A DNA stretch of 64,000 nt, taken from assembly GCF_001194135.2 (NCBI RefSeq), contig NC_068982.1:89875310-89939309 (forward strand), read 5' to 3'. This stretch comes from Octopus bimaculoides. Taxonomy: Eukaryota. The notes beneath the pieces are model-generated. The model saw nothing but the letters and a program-made list of their open reading frames with translations. It was not told where the DNA came from and searched no databases. The position numbers were made by a program, and so were the translations under genes. How positions within the stretch are numbered: the first letter of the stretch is position 1; each line of letters opens with the position of its first letter. Positions 25,372 through 38,939 of this stretch are shown here, in pieces.

Positions 25372-26644
25372 CTGAAAATGAGAGCAAAACATTATATCAG
25401 AAAGAAAGAAATAACTGAATCACTCGAACCCAAGAAGCGGACGAATTCTTTGCCGGTCTTTTCATTATCGAGAAACTGTATGCATTCTACATAACTGTGA
25501 TCTGGCTTCCCCCCAGATCTATACTGGATACCCGTGTGTGTGTGTGTGTGTGTAAATAGATATTTCTCAATCATAATCTAAAGAGACAGTACAGATTGAG
25601 TTATATCCATAGTCACTGAAGCACATGTTTAGAGGGAGAATGTTGAGTGAATGAGGAAGAAGTCTAATGGGTTGCCACCAATCACTGTGTCAATCCCCAG
25701 TCAGAAGTCAGTAGCCTAAGATGGACCTTGAAAAATCCTGTTTTTAAATAAGGGAACAGATCACAGAGTAAAGTGTAAACAAGGTATACACTTGTGCGCC
25801 TGGTTAATAGATCACCTCTTGAGGTGTTAAGAAGTGGCATTCCCTCCGTTGTTATTATTTTACTCAAATTTCTAATGATAGCGTAGACATGATTACAGAC
25901 TCCCTAGCCATGATAATCCCGTCCTAGTTTTTGGACAACACTATCAAGTGTATCTATTTCTAAGGTGAGAAGGCATTATTTGAAGGAAATTTATTTTCTA
26001 TTTGTAGCAAGTGGAGCATATAGGTCCGGAATTTCAGACCTATTTCGTGTTGGATCACTTTTGGGAAACATTGAACAGTTAATTGTACAGCCTTAGAGAT
26101 GAAATAGATGAGAAACAATGCATCAGAATTTTTTGTATCCAAACCGGATACCTCGCTAAAGAATTACACACAAGCAAGAGGTGGTCGTGTTATATCCGTG
26201 GCGCGTTAATCCTGTTTTAATACGCTGATGGTTGTATAAAATAAACAACAATGGAATGAGAGGGGTTTTTTTTCGGATTAATCAATATTCTAGACGTGCT
26301 TCATTCGTTACGGCTTTCGAAGCTACATTTTATCTGTACGTGGATTTCAGTGTAAAAGGTGATATAATGTTACGTCATCAGGAGAATTATAAAATAATAC
26401 ACAAATGAAAAGTAAAAACAAAAGAAAGTGAGAGAAAATTATGGAAGAGAGAATGTAGAAAGATCAAGACAGTATTTCATCAAAGAGAAAATGATACTGG
26501 ACAAAGAAAGAATTATGAAAAGGGTTGGAAGAGAGAGTCTAAGGTGAAATCGAGGTAATATTTCAGTAAAGATGAAATAAATATAAATTGCGCAATACAT
26601 CAGAGAAATGAAGGATTTCTATATTCCGATATTAAGCATTTCTC

Positions 26645-26681
26645 AATAATAATAATAGTAATAATAACAACAACAACAACA

Positions 26682-26743
<62 letters not shown>

Positions 26744-26745
26744 CA
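26645..26745. repeat. (AAT)n microsatellite with (AAC)n interruption
   Basis: Seen directly. Confidence 0.95.
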
Positions 26746-27472
26746 TAGAATGCAGGTCTCGGAGGAGAGTAAAATAAAGGACATCACGACATTTTCGAAG
26801 TTGCTGCGACCTTTCTTTCAGCGTGAAAGTAAATAAATGAATAAAAAGCAATAATTTTCAATTAAGACAGACAAGGCTATTAAATTTGAAATCACTTCTT
26901 TATAAAAGCTGTAGGAGTGATGGAGAAACGAGTATGTCAATGTTGGTTCATCTAAGTGAGAAAGAGAGAGAATACACACACTCACACACACACACAAACA
27001 TGAGCATGTATGTATGTATGTATGTATGTGAATATCGATAGAGAGTGGGGTACAGAGTGATAAATAAATTGGATAATTGTTGTAGCCTGAGGAAGTAGGA
27101 GGATTACAGTGAAGAAAGAGGGGAGAAATATCGGGAAGGATTAGGAAGGAAATAAAATCAAATTAAATATGTTAAAGAAAGACCCACTTGCTTTGGGATT
27201 TCTGAAGGAAAAATACATTTCGTTTAAAATGACATTTAAAAGGTTTTAGCGATATTTCTTTGCTTAAAGGATACAAACAGAAGACAATATTCATTAAGTC
27301 CAGCATGGCTAGTAAATGTCCAGAATTACTTGTTGAAACACACACACACATATACCTACATATATATACGTACGTATATTTACAAGTATATATGTATACA
27401 TATATATATTATCGAGAGAGAGAAAGAGAGAGAGAGAGAGAAGGTGAGAGAGAGATTAGATATGTTTGTTTA

Positions 27473-28555
27473 TCCAAGGGGAAGTAAAAAGTTATCTACA
27501 CTTTTGCCAAAACTTTCTTTAGGTTGGCCAAACTGCCTTCACGGTTTGCGTGCTAAAGCGTGGTACTCTTGTAGTTACCGCGTAAAAGTATGGATCGAAA
27601 CGTTTAAAAATGGCCAGACAAAAGTGAAGCACGACAAGGAGGTAGGGCGCCCATCAACCTCCACCACTAACGTTAAAATTCAAGAGACTCGAGAGATGGT
27701 TCTGGTAAAGCAACGAGTGATCATCGCTGAGGTGGCCTGTTCTCGGCAAATTAGTAATGGTTCTGCATACAAAATTATCCACATGTTTTGCTTCTGTAAA
27801 TTCTGTGCAAGATGACTGCTAAATGAGCTTACCGAAGCGCATAAGTGCAATTGTTTGGAGATTTATTAATTGTTTGGAGATTTATAACGATGAAGGCAAA
27901 ACATTTTTAGAGAGAATAATCACCAAAATCCAAAAGCAGATTACGGAGGGGAAACATCCGGAACCTCCAGCGAAAAAGAAATTCAAGGCTAAACCTTCCT
28001 TAGGAAAAGGGATACTAACCGGTTGTTTTTTGTAGGGAGGTGTGTGCAAAATGATCTATGCTGTAACCTATAATCCGAAGAGTTGTCTACGGTCGCCAAT
28101 GTTGGCTACAGTGAAATGCTGGCCAACAAACTAGAACCAGCGATTCGCACTAAACGCCGAGGTTTATTGTCAAATCAAGTGTTATCGTTACACGACTTTG
28201 AACATCCACATTTGACCGTCCACACCGGTGAAATCATTGAAAAATTGAATTTCAAGTTGCTGGAATACCCTGCATATAGTCCAGATCAAATATTTGGACC
28301 CTTTAAACATCCTTTACGAGGTCATCGATTTGCTACGAACGAAAAAGAAATGGAAACGGAGTATAAACGAGTGTGCAACCAGCCGAAAAAAAAATGCTCT
28401 AATAGAATAAGCGCAAAGTAGTGGACCAGCGGAAGAAGTGCATCGAAAAGCAAGGAGACTATAGCAAAAAAAAAAAACGATGTAATTGTTCAACACCTGT
28501 TTTTGCTTTGTAAATTACAGAAAGAAGAATGCATATAAGTTTTGACTTACCCGCA
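27473..28555 (+). mobile_element. Decayed mariner transposon
   Basis: Frames give WIETFKNGQTKVKHDKEVGRPSTS (HTH region), KFKAKPSLGK and LEYPAYSPDQ..FGPFKHPLRGHRF (YSPDL motif). The ends aggggaagtaaaaagtt / aagttttgacttaccc form degenerate TIRs. Confidence 0.9.
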
Positions 28556-28570
28556 TATATATATACATAT

Positions 28571-28603
<33 letters not shown>

Positions 28604-28625
28604 CACACGTGTGTGTGTGTGTGTT

Positions 28626-29012
28626 TTCTTTTACTCTTTCACCTGTTTTAGTCATTTGACTGATGCTGGAGCACTGACTTAAAGGATATTTTAGTCGAAG
28701 AAATCGACTCCAGGGCTTATTCATTGTAAGCCTTGTACTTATTTTATCGGTCTATTTTGCCGAACCACTAGTTTACGGGAACGTAAACACACCAACATCG
28801 GTTCACAAGCGATGGTTGGGGGACAAACATAGACACAAAGACACACACACACATAATTATATGCATGTATATATGACAGGCTTCTTTCATTTTCCGTCTA
28901 CCAAATCCACTCACAAGGCACTTTGGTTGGCCTGAGGTGCCACGTAGTGGGACTGAACCCTGAACTATGTCGTTGGAAAGCAAGCTTCTTACCACACAGC
29001 CACGCTTGTGCC
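28626..29012 (-). mobile_element. SINE family A
   Basis: Matches 11878-12262, with a short internal deletion. Confidence 0.9.
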
Positions 29013-29222
29013 TATATATATATATATATATATNNNNNNNNNNNNNNNNNNNNNNNNNNNNNNNNNNNNNNNNNNNNNNNNNNNNNNNNNNNNNNNNNNN
29101 NNNNNNNNNNNNNNNNNNNNNNNNNNNNNNNNNNNNNNNNNNNNNNNNNNNNNNNNNNNNNNNNNNNNNNNNNNNNNNNNNNNNNNNNNNNNNNNNNNNN
29201 NNNNNNNNNNNNNNNNNNNNNN

Positions 29223-29263
<41 letters not shown>

Positions 29264-29289
29264 CCTTCGCCTTAGTTTACAGTTGTTAA

Positions 29290-29660
29290 ACCTATGAATA
29301 AGTTTGATGAATTTGCATAGGACAGTTTTATAGTGTGACGGTTGAATATTTTGCTGTACACTCTAGTTTTAGAGAAGCAGCGATCAAGTGCGGTGAAAAA
29401 TTGCTTCGGGACCGTAGATGAGACGTTGGGGCTCCAGATTGAGTTATACCAAAGGACGTCATGGTTTTTAAATTTTCGGTTAGGTCTGTTTGCCTGGGTG
29501 CTTGGAGCAGCAATTGGATTTTGTGGAGTTAGGTGTTTAATTTGTTATCTGTTAAAGTTTTCTCTAACTCATGGTTGATTCTAGTCTGGGTTTGGTTAGT
29601 CTTATCTTATGGTTTAGGATTCTATTAGCTAGGTTTTTGACTTTGTGTCTGTAGTTATTG
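29290..29660 (-). mobile_element. Decayed Penelope-like element ORF fragment (RT C-terminal/linker region)
   Basis: Minus strand reads ..VLWYNSIWSPNV..QFFTALDRCFSKTRVYSKIFNRHTIKLSY, matching the Penelope-type motif IWFNPPFS.NV....IFNRNT(V/I)KLSY. Confidence 0.7.
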
Positions 29661-29919
29661 TTGTGTTTAGTAGGGTTATTATAATGAATCGTATTATTAC
29701 TTGTTGAGTTATAAGAGTTATTATTACAATTATTATTGCTACTTCTACTACTGGCATATATATGTATATATATGTATTATTACAATTAAAAGGGTAAAGG
29801 ATTATCAATTTATTAATAAATTAATAATTAATAATTTTTACCAAGCCCTTCGGTATGTAAGCACCATTATCGGTGTGGGACTTATTTAAAAGTTCTTATA
29901 CATTTATAAACAAAATTAA

Positions 29920-30021
29920 GGGATCAGCAACAGGTTGCTTCACTACATACCGAAGTTCAGAAATAGCAGCTAAAAATGCTGAAACTCCAACAGTGTGGTG
30001 AAGCAACCTGTTCCCGATCCC
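29920..30021. mobile_element. 102-bp MITE, TTAA-flanked with GG..CC termini (Kolobok-like)
   Basis: TTAA at 29916-19 and 30022-25; 24-bp TIRs match 22/24 (GGGATCAGCAACAGGTTGCTTCAC). Confidence 0.75.
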
Positions 30022-30663
30022 TTAATTTGTGTATATATATGTATGTAGGTATGTATATTGCTTACACATTGCGAAAACAATAACTTGGCATAGAGCTTAA
30101 TATACTTATGGTTTCAGAATGATGTGCTAGCTTCGTTCTGAAGCACACACATACATACGCACACACACATGCACACACACGCACGCACACACACCCATAC
30201 ACGCACGCACACACACAAACATATATATATATACTAATTCCTCAGTATCACAGCCGAGCAGTGAATAGGTTAGTTAACTTTAGGTTAGTTAAAATATGTT
30301 TGCGACGTATTTCAGCTTCTAAAGGCAAATTCGCTGCAGCTACCGGGGAGAAAAATTTTGACTTATGGCAAAAGGTGTAAAAAACACCATCTCTATTCAG
30401 TGTTGCCCTCTGTCGGATTCCAGACGTAGCGTTTCTTTAGTCTACCTCAAAATATGAAATACCTGTTTTAATTAGATCTAATTAAAAAAGAGTCACATAC
30501 ATTAGCTGAGTTTGCGCTTTTGGACCCCGCCGGTCAGAAGCAACTCAGCAGTATCAATGCCAGACGATTCCGCATATGCGAACTTTAAGTCAGTTAAAAT
30601 ACGTTTGTAAAGACGTGTGGCAAAGTGGATAGGCTACTAGGTTCACGAATATGTAGAGGCAAT

Positions 30664-30793
30664 TATGTTTTTCGACCTCGGAAGGATGAAAGGCAAAGTC
30701 GACCTCGACGGAATTTGAACTCAGAACATATAGATGGACGAAATGCCGTGAAGCAATTTTTCCGGCATGCTAACAATTCTGCCAGCTCGCCAC
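30664..30793 (-). mobile_element. SINE family B, 5' part
   Basis: ggatgaaaggcaaagtcgacctcg.cggaatttgaactcagaac..ttctgccagctcgcc. Confidence 0.85.
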
Positions 30794-31675
30794 CTCAACA
30801 GCGAGTGTTGTATTGGTTACCCTGCTGGATGAGTTATAAATGTGTTAGAATGCCCCATTCGCAGTTAGAATGGACAAACAAACCCCAGTGGTGATTATTA
30901 ATGTGTATGAGTGAAAAGGAAAAGATAAGTTGAAGGAATTCAGAACTATTATAAGTTTGTGATTTTTGCTTTTGGAACGTGGGACAGCTATGGAAGCGTT
31001 TCGGCGGTAGTTTGAACATATCAACCATGAATAAGCCTCCACACCAGCAATGAAATATGAACAATCTAACACAACTTTCACCAAAGGGAATTTGCATAAT
31101 AAAAACTAAAAGAGCTAACATAAAATAATTGAATAGAGCCAGTGGAATGTCTTGAATGTCATACACGGTAAATTATTATTATTCGCGAACAGAGTAGGGA
31201 AGCAAAAATGCTAATGATAATCGTTGGCATCTCTGAATATATTGTGTTCAACCTTCAGAACAGCTCCAAGTTGGATTGTTATCCAAATGACGCCACTAAT
31301 ACTTGGCAGTTATTTGCTCTTAGCAACTTTAATTCTGCTTATGTAAATCACTCTTCGCCAAAATATCTACTAAATTCTTTTTTCTATCAATTGTATATTT
31401 TTCCTCTCCGTTGGGAGACGGGACTATACGATGCTGATGTGGTCAGTGACCGAACGCATACAATAAGACTCCCTCTTTTCCGAAAAATCATAATAATGTT
31501 TTTCTTTTCCCCCTAAATAAGTTAATTGAACTTTCAAATTATTCTTAATTTCCTGAAATTCTCACTAGATTTTCGTTTCCTTTCTCTGTCCACGAGGGTA
31601 ATTTTAAGAAATTACAACTTATTGCATTCAGCATTCTGTATACACACGTCGATAAATAAGCGCGCGCGCGTGTAA

Positions 31676-31810
31676 GGCATGGCAGTGTGGTTAAGAAACA
31701 ACCGCTCTGCAACCACCTATCTTCAGCTATAATACCTAACTGACTAATGCCTTGTGAATGATTTTAGCAGACAGAAACTGCGTTGAAGCCCATCATATCT
31801 GTGTGTATGC
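31676..31810 (+). mobile_element. Diverged family A-like SINE head
   Basis: gcatggcagtgtggttaagaa..aatgccttgtgaatga..gacagaaactg..gaagccc. Confidence 0.55.
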
Positions 31811-32445
31811 ACATGTGCATATGTGTATATATATATAAATATGCATAAGCTTAACTTCTTCCTTCACGCATAAGAAAAAAGTTTTGTATGTAAATGCACT
31901 TAAACATGTATGTCATTGAAAGCAAATTTGGTGACCTTGCTAACAAAAGAAATTTTACTAATATTTACTTTACTTCTGATTATACCTCTTCTGAAGAGAG
32001 AAATAATTACGTGTTCAATAATAAGCAGAATTAGCTAAATCAAACTTTTCTGTTGTCGATAGCCTAAAATTTTTCCTGTGTATCATATGGCCTAAAGAGG
32101 CAGCTGAATTTTATTGACATGTCGAAAGCAGATTGTCTTTAAACTTAGAATTTAGTTCAGAAATTGTATTATGTCCATAAAAGAATTCAAAATGTAAGAT
32201 TAAGTATTTTTTAAATATGATACTGTAAATGACATTATANNNNNNNNNNNNNNNNNNNNNNNNNNNNNNNNNNNNNNNNNNNNNNNNNNNNNNNNNNNNN
32301 NNNNNNNNNNNNNNNNNNNNNNNNNNNNNNNNNNNNNNNNNNNNNNNNNNNNNNNNNNNNNNNNNNNNNNNNNNNNNNNNNNNNNNNNNNNNNNNNNNNN
32401 NNNNNNNNNNNNNNNNNNNNNNNNNNNNNNNNNNNNNNNNNNNNN

Positions 32446-32482
<37 letters not shown>

Positions 32483-32754
32483 GTTCTCGAGACTATGAGT
32501 CTTTTTGTTGGGAAATATGTACAGAGTTGGAGAAGATATTTCGGATTTCGGGCAGAAAATCTACCACTGAATTTATCGCTGTTATATATTATTACAAAAT
32601 TGGAAAGGGAATTTGTCTAATCTTCATCCGGAACGGGCTGCAAGTTGTCAGTGACTCTTTAAGCTGTATCATATATGTTTGCATGTGCTTATTTTGGACA
32701 CTGTTGGCAAATTTACGATTGTTTCGCTATATTTTAAGATAAGAGAGTAAAGGG

Positions 32755-32850
32755 TTATTATAACCTTTTCTACTCTAGGCACAAGGTTCGAAATTCTTGA
32801 GGAGGGGGCCAGTCGATTAGATTGACCCCAGTACGCAACTGATAAGCGGT
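32755..32850 (-). mobile_element. SINE family B tail fragment
   Basis: tctactctaggcacaagg..gggggccagtcgattagattgaccccagtacgcaactg. Confidence 0.7.
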
Positions 32851-33871
32851 TGTTATAATGAAGACACACATATATATATTAAATATACAGAATATAAGCA
32901 TGGGCAAATATATCCAGAACTCGAGTGTTCTAGGTAGCATCGGATAGGATTTTATCCGATTTAGATCCACCGCTTGTCTGCTGCTGTATATGATACACAT
33001 ACGACAGCCGACGGAGACTGACTGTAAAACGGATATCATATCCCATACTGCAGCGCAACTTTGAGTACTGGATGTGAATGTTCTGAGGTCGTATTCTATA
33101 TTAAATATAATCTTGTTTCGACGATATTGAGGCCTAACTCTTTTGTTACACACGTGTTTTGTTTTTATGATATATATATATCGAGAGAGAGAGAAGGAGA
33201 AATTCAAATAAACAGATAACGACCTCAGGTTTAAATGTATAAAATATATATAGGCGTACGTATATATATATATTCGTATATAAATCTATATACATGCATA
33301 TTACATACACACAGACACATAGATTCACATATACATGTATATATGTATGTATGTATGCTTGTATGTCTGCATGTATGTTCGATGACCTTGCTTACAAAAG
33401 AAACGCATAAGTTGACTGGGGATTTAGAATATATAAATAACAGAAAATACGTTGAGGCTAGCGAATGAAAATCAGTCTAGTGTGATGATTTGTTAATTAA
33501 GTTTCATTTTAGTGAAGAAAGTTTGGGTAGCAAATGTAATTTAAACGTGAGCCAGACAAAGCGTTGGCCATTTTGTGCATCGTATATTTGTTGCAACAAA
33601 TTACAGTGGGGAGTGGAAATGAGGTATGGGATGTAAGATTAGGATTAATATACCTAGAGCTTTAATAATCTAAATGAATTTCAGAGTGTAAATCAGTTAA
33701 TATTTCTAATAATTCGGTTATAAAACTGTGTGGAGACATGGAAAAAATTTATTTCTTGTATATTTATTTCAGTAAATATTTGGTTAAGGTTTGTATGTAG
33801 ATAAATGCTCACACACATATAAAAAAATAACTACATGCATATGTACATACATAAGCATAATTACAAGTGTG

Positions 33872-33917
<46 letters not shown>

Positions 33918-34071
33918 CATACATACATACACACACAAGTTTATATGTACGTATAGGTATGTACATAGACATCCCATTAAGCATCGTTTTATGTTTAGTC
34001 TAACTTGTAAAGGTTTATATTTTTTATTAATTAGCATTTTTATGTTTCGGGTTCTAGATGTGACTGTTTAA

Positions 34072-34600
34072 TCATGCTATGTACAAAACAAGCCTTGGAA
34101 CTCTCTGAATTTGAAGGAGGCCGTATTGTGGGTCATTCTGAAGTGGGCATAGCGTAATATCGTAGAAAACGATGGGATCCCGCTTTCTACAGTTAATAAA
34201 GTTATTGTGCAATTCACCAGAGAGTGGACGGAGTCCACATGATCTCGCCCAGATCAACCAGGGCCCTCTGACAGAACCCTTCTCTTTGCTAAGAGAACTG
34301 TGGAGGATAATCCTCGTTGTAAAGCCTCTGACATAGCAGAACAAGTTGATGTCAGTCCCAGAACGGCTGTAAGGTATCTCCCCAAATTTAATTACTATGG
34401 CAGAGCAGCAAGAAAGAAGCCACTTCTTCGATTAACCAACATCAAGCCGAGAAAATATTTGGCCAGTGAGATGGAGGAATGGCCACTAGCATTTTGGGAT
34501 ACTGTCATATTCTCTGATGAGTCCAGATTTTCTGTAGTTCCTGAATGTGTCCGAGTGTGGGTCTGGAGACTATGTGATTAAGAATTTGATGTGAAAAGAT
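34072..34600 (+). mobile_element. Tc1-family transposase fragment (pseudogene)
   Basis: EGGRIVGHSE..; VEDNPRCKASDIAEQVDVSPRTAVRYL..GRAARKKPLL..WDTVIFSDESRF (first catalytic D); stop codons present, 3' truncated. Confidence 0.9.
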
Positions 34601-34779
34601 AGTATACGATGTCAGTATGCCAACCGTTGAAACTCCGGGGAAGAAGCTCAGCAGATTTTGAAAGGAGGTGGTTGGGTTTACCAAGCAACCTCAGCAATAC
34701 CACTTGGTACGGATCCACCAACACGCTACGACACTCCTAAAGCAACCTCTCAGAAGAGTCGATACGAATAAGAGACGCT

Positions 34780-35760
34780 ATGCGGTGCAGAGATTCCAAG
34801 AATACGATAGTAGCAGCTGAAACTAATAGTTCACATAAACAGAAAGGAAAGAGCCGTCAGAGAGTTGCTGTTGACGTAGGGACTGACGAAGCAGAAAGAT
34901 CATGTTGGAACCCTTGCGATAGAGCGTTCAGGATTTTGTACTTTCCAACCTGCGAGCTGGAAACACCAAAGTAAAGGAGCAGCAACACATCCAAATAGAC
35001 GTTCCTGAAAGTGTAGAGGAAGCGCATTCTAGCAGGATGGTGGGACTCTGCTAATATGAGTCTTCGACTGTGTGGGTCAACAAGACCGTTCCTTCAACAT
35101 CTCTCAATAGTTTCCCTTGAGTCCTAGCCAACAGCCACTACCGTTAGAGATATGGCCAGGTCAATGCCGTTGCAGAGGTGATAAGACTTGCTATTCAGCG
35201 CAATACACAGCCAGGAAAGAAGCTATCACTTTTCTCGAACATGGATAGTGAAACAGCAACACAGCCCCAGACTGGCAAACGATAGTGCATCTTGTCAAAC
35301 AAGTTAACTTCCAAGTTAACTTCCAAGTTAACTTCTTTATACAAACGACATCTCACCTAATTAGATTTATCTTCTTAGAAGCCTTCAAGTAGGGGATCAT
35401 GTCGAAACTGATTGTACCTTCTGCGAAGAATACGTAGAGAAGGCTTATATGGGAAAGTTTGCGAAGAACCGAAAGAGCATTGTAAGTTGACTGGCAAGAT
35501 TCGTGGATCCGGATTCGATCCATTTTGCGAAGATTTGACTGTCCTTGGTACAACTGATGTAGCAAAGAGGTGGGGAGCTTACATTCCGTTACCGAGGCTA
35601 CAGATAAGACCACAGGATGACAAGATGGCTTTTGATTAAAAAAAGGTAAGACCTGTGCTGCTGGAATACAAGTCTGTACATTTGTGTGAGAGACCTGATG
35701 TGTTGAAAGATCCAAACTCTCCAAGATCTCAAGAGCATCATTGATGATGTATCCCAGAAC
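34780..35760 (+). mobile_element. Decayed HERO-like (RLE-clade) non-LTR retrotransposon, 3' portion and 3' UTR
   Basis: Fragments KGKSRQRVAVDV..KDHVGTLAIERSG, HYR*RYGQVNAVAEVIRLAI (cf. RYxWRHDQVL) and EEYVEKAY..K; the 3' UTR-like ctgatgtgttgaaagatcc..catcattgatgatgtatcc resembles HERO ends as I recall them. Confidence 0.65.
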
Positions 35761-36143
35761 ATATGTGTGATGTAGCTTGGAAACTGAGCTATATGCGTCT
35801 GAGAACGTATGTATATATAGTTATTTATGTGAGATTTTGTTCGTGTCTTTGTAAATATATAACCTATATATCATGACATCAGCAGTTGATAAAGTTACAT
35901 AGTTTCTGAATCCAGGTTTTTATAAATTAGAAAATAATCAGAGCACAAAGGACAAAAATAAATAAATAAATAAATAAATAAAATAAAAATAGAGGAGAGG
36001 GGCGGTAAAAGTAGTAAGGAAGGACAAAATGAAATAATGCGGATAAAGATTATGGTTGTTGCGTTAATGCTACAATATATTTTCGCTGGATTTAATTAGA
36101 ATCTTTAGCTTAAGGTCAAATACTGAGCTCTCAATATACTTAC

Positions 36144-36215
36144 TCTTTTGTATTGCAAATGGCAATTCTCATTATCTTCGGAATCGTCTTTGGAAGTCTT
36201 TGTGATGGTTCGTTC
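36144..36215 (-). CDS. Candidate exon (72 nt) upstream of the FERM exon
   Basis: Acceptor ttatattttatattag, donor AGA|gtaagt. Open in phase 0 (ERTITKTSKDDSEDNENCHLQYKR) and phase 2. CHLQYKR recalls the FRMD8/KRIT1 F1-end motif (FLQFRR, LFLRR). Confidence 0.45.
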
Positions 36216-36399
36216 CTAATATAAAATATAATAAATATATATATGTAAATATATAAATAAATGAGGAAAATATATAAATACAGAAACAAATAAAACCGAG
36301 GAAAAGAATCAGAAGAAATCCATAATAGATTTACTAACAAAGAATATAGGTTAACTGTCATTTAAAGAATTTTACTGAACAGGACAGTTTTTCATACAT

Positions 36400-36591
36400 C
36401 TTCAGATTATACTTATACGTACAAACACAATACACGTGCGTCCAAGCGTGTGTGTATATGTGCGTTTGTATATGTATGTGTGCATGTCCGTGTGGTGTGT
36501 GTGTGTGGGTACACATATGCATACACTATATATATATATACACACACACATATATATATTGTAATACATACATACACACATATATATAGAT

Positions 36592-36661
<70 letters not shown>

Positions 36662-36760
36662 GTATATATATTGTATATACATATATACAATACGCACACA
36701 CACATATATATATATAATGTTTATGTATGTGTATGTGAATGATGGAACAGATGGATGTGT
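36400..36760. repeat. Compound (TA)n/(CA)n/(TG)n microsatellite
   Basis: Seen directly. Confidence 0.95.
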
Positions 36761-38939
36761 CATTGTGTGCCTAAAATGATACGTACATGTTCCCATTCAC
36801 ACACACAATATATCTGCTGTAAAGGTTTTAAGAGAGATATGTTGTTTATGTACTTTTACTTTATTCCCAATATGAGCTTTGATATACTCTTTTTTCTCTC
36901 TCATTTCGCTTTTCTGTCTCATTTTAGAGATATAGAATGTATATAAAATCAATATATCCTAAAAAAATATTGCACAATGGCAACATTTTCAATCTTGACT
37001 AAGAATATTTTGTCAATATTTTCTCATACGTCTGATTTGATATGGAGTGGGGTGGGAGCATATTCATTAAATTTTTTTAACTGCTAATGCTGTCACAGCT
37101 ACTAAGACCATACTGGAGTTCAACCTTCAGAATCGAGTATCGTGTCCTTTGTGTTGTCCCTTTGTATATATAGACGAATTGGCCAAGGTAAAGAGCATCT
37201 CGCACTCTCTTCTTATTACTTATGCGTACAAATATATTCAGGATAATTGCCTTGTATTTATTTCATTTATCCGTTCCTAATTCAAATTCCGCAAGTCTAC
37301 TTTCCCTTTTCACTTTCTAAATTTGATTGATGTATTATTACTCTAGGGTGGTACACTGGTAGAGTTATAAGATCAATTTTGGGATGTCTTACTGTATGTA
37401 TTCCGGTCCCTTATGTCCTGAGTTCATATCCCACCACAGCCTACTTGAGTGGTAGATTTAATCCATCACCAACCCATGTTTTTTTGGTTCCCTTCAACAG
37501 ACTGCATTTCGTTGCATGCACTCGGGTCAGATCTCTGTTTTGGAGATAGCTTGTTTCTTCTCACTAGTGTCTGGGGTCTTTGTAAATGGTCACGAGCACA
37601 ACCCTTTCTTCCTAATTAAGCAATAAAAAGTGTTTTGTTTTTTTGAGTCTTTAGGTGTAGCTGGTATTCTAATTTATAATGAGGTTACTGATTTTGTATG
37701 TTAAAGATAAGGGTATATGCATACCTGTTAAAATGCTCAAGAGAAACATTGCTAATGCTTTGTTATCCTTTCAGAACATAATTTTACGACCGAAGACCTT
37801 TAAATGCCAAACTATTGTTGTCTACTTTTCCTTGATTAAGAATTTATGGAAAGGAGTATTGGGATCTAACGGCATTCTTTCAGAATCCATTTGAATCGCT
37901 TATGCCCCAAGCTATTACTACATTACATGGAAGTGAAAGCAGTTTTTTCCTTCATCCCTATATAATTCTGCTTGTTCGTTCGCACGTTATACTTTACTTA
38001 GTTAGAGAAGTGGAAGTGGAGTGAGTGAGAGGAAGAGTAAGAGTGAAAGAGATAGAGAGGGAGAAGTGAAAGAAAGTGTAGAGAAGAACGAAGAGCGGAA
38101 GAAATAGAGAACGGTGTATAATATTAATACACTAAGGTCAAATGTATCACGTGGTTAGCTGAAGGGAGAGGCGAAGAGCGAGAGAATAGAGGGACAGAGA
38201 AATAGAGTGAGAGAAAATGACTGAGAATGACATACGGTAGTGTGGGGAAGAAATAGTTATTAGGAGTTTAAAAAGTTAGCTGAAGGGAAAAGTAAAGAGA
38301 AAGAGATATGTTTAGTATACAATATTCAGCAGAGGGTGATGTTCTGTTGGTGAGGTTAAAGAAAGGCAGATAGAGAGATGGACAGAGAAGGCAGTTATAT
38401 TGAGAGAGAGGGGGAGAGAGAACGTTTGTATTTTCAGAATAGAGATACATCGATAGCCAGAAAAAAGTAGATATAAACAAACAGCTGAACTGAACTGAGT
38501 TTTCTTACTGAAAATTGTTGTGATGATGATGATGATGATGATGGTGGTGGTATGTTGATAGTAAAAACTAATTTTTTATTGAACTAAACTTTTTATAGTG
38601 CCTGTCGCTTAACGCATACGAATAAGTGCAATTTTTTAACGTCTGCTAGTTTGAAAATTTATATTTGTTTATATGGGTTGATTTAGCCTAGACTATGGAT
38701 TCACGAGAAAGTTGCAAGCTGCTCAAGAAAGCATGGAACAGAGGGGCAACTGCAAGAAGATATAGAAGGAGAAAAAAAGACAACACCAAGGGAGACTTGA
38801 GGTAGTGAATGTAGACGAACGTCAAATATATTTAAAGAAAGCTAGACTATAAATGCTATAAAAATGCAAATCATCCTTTTTTTCTTAAATAAGTCCTCTT
38901 AATTGTTCTTTCATTCCGCGGAATTTACTCGGATCCCAC

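Noticed and set aside
26775-26826. Minus-strand CTGAAAGA..TTCGAAAATGTCGTGA hammerhead-like string
   Set aside because: Needs several indels to fit the core, and the stem I register is wrong.
35299-35335. (CAAGTTAACTTC)x3 containing palindromic units
   Set aside because: Slippage repeat within a decayed HERO copy.
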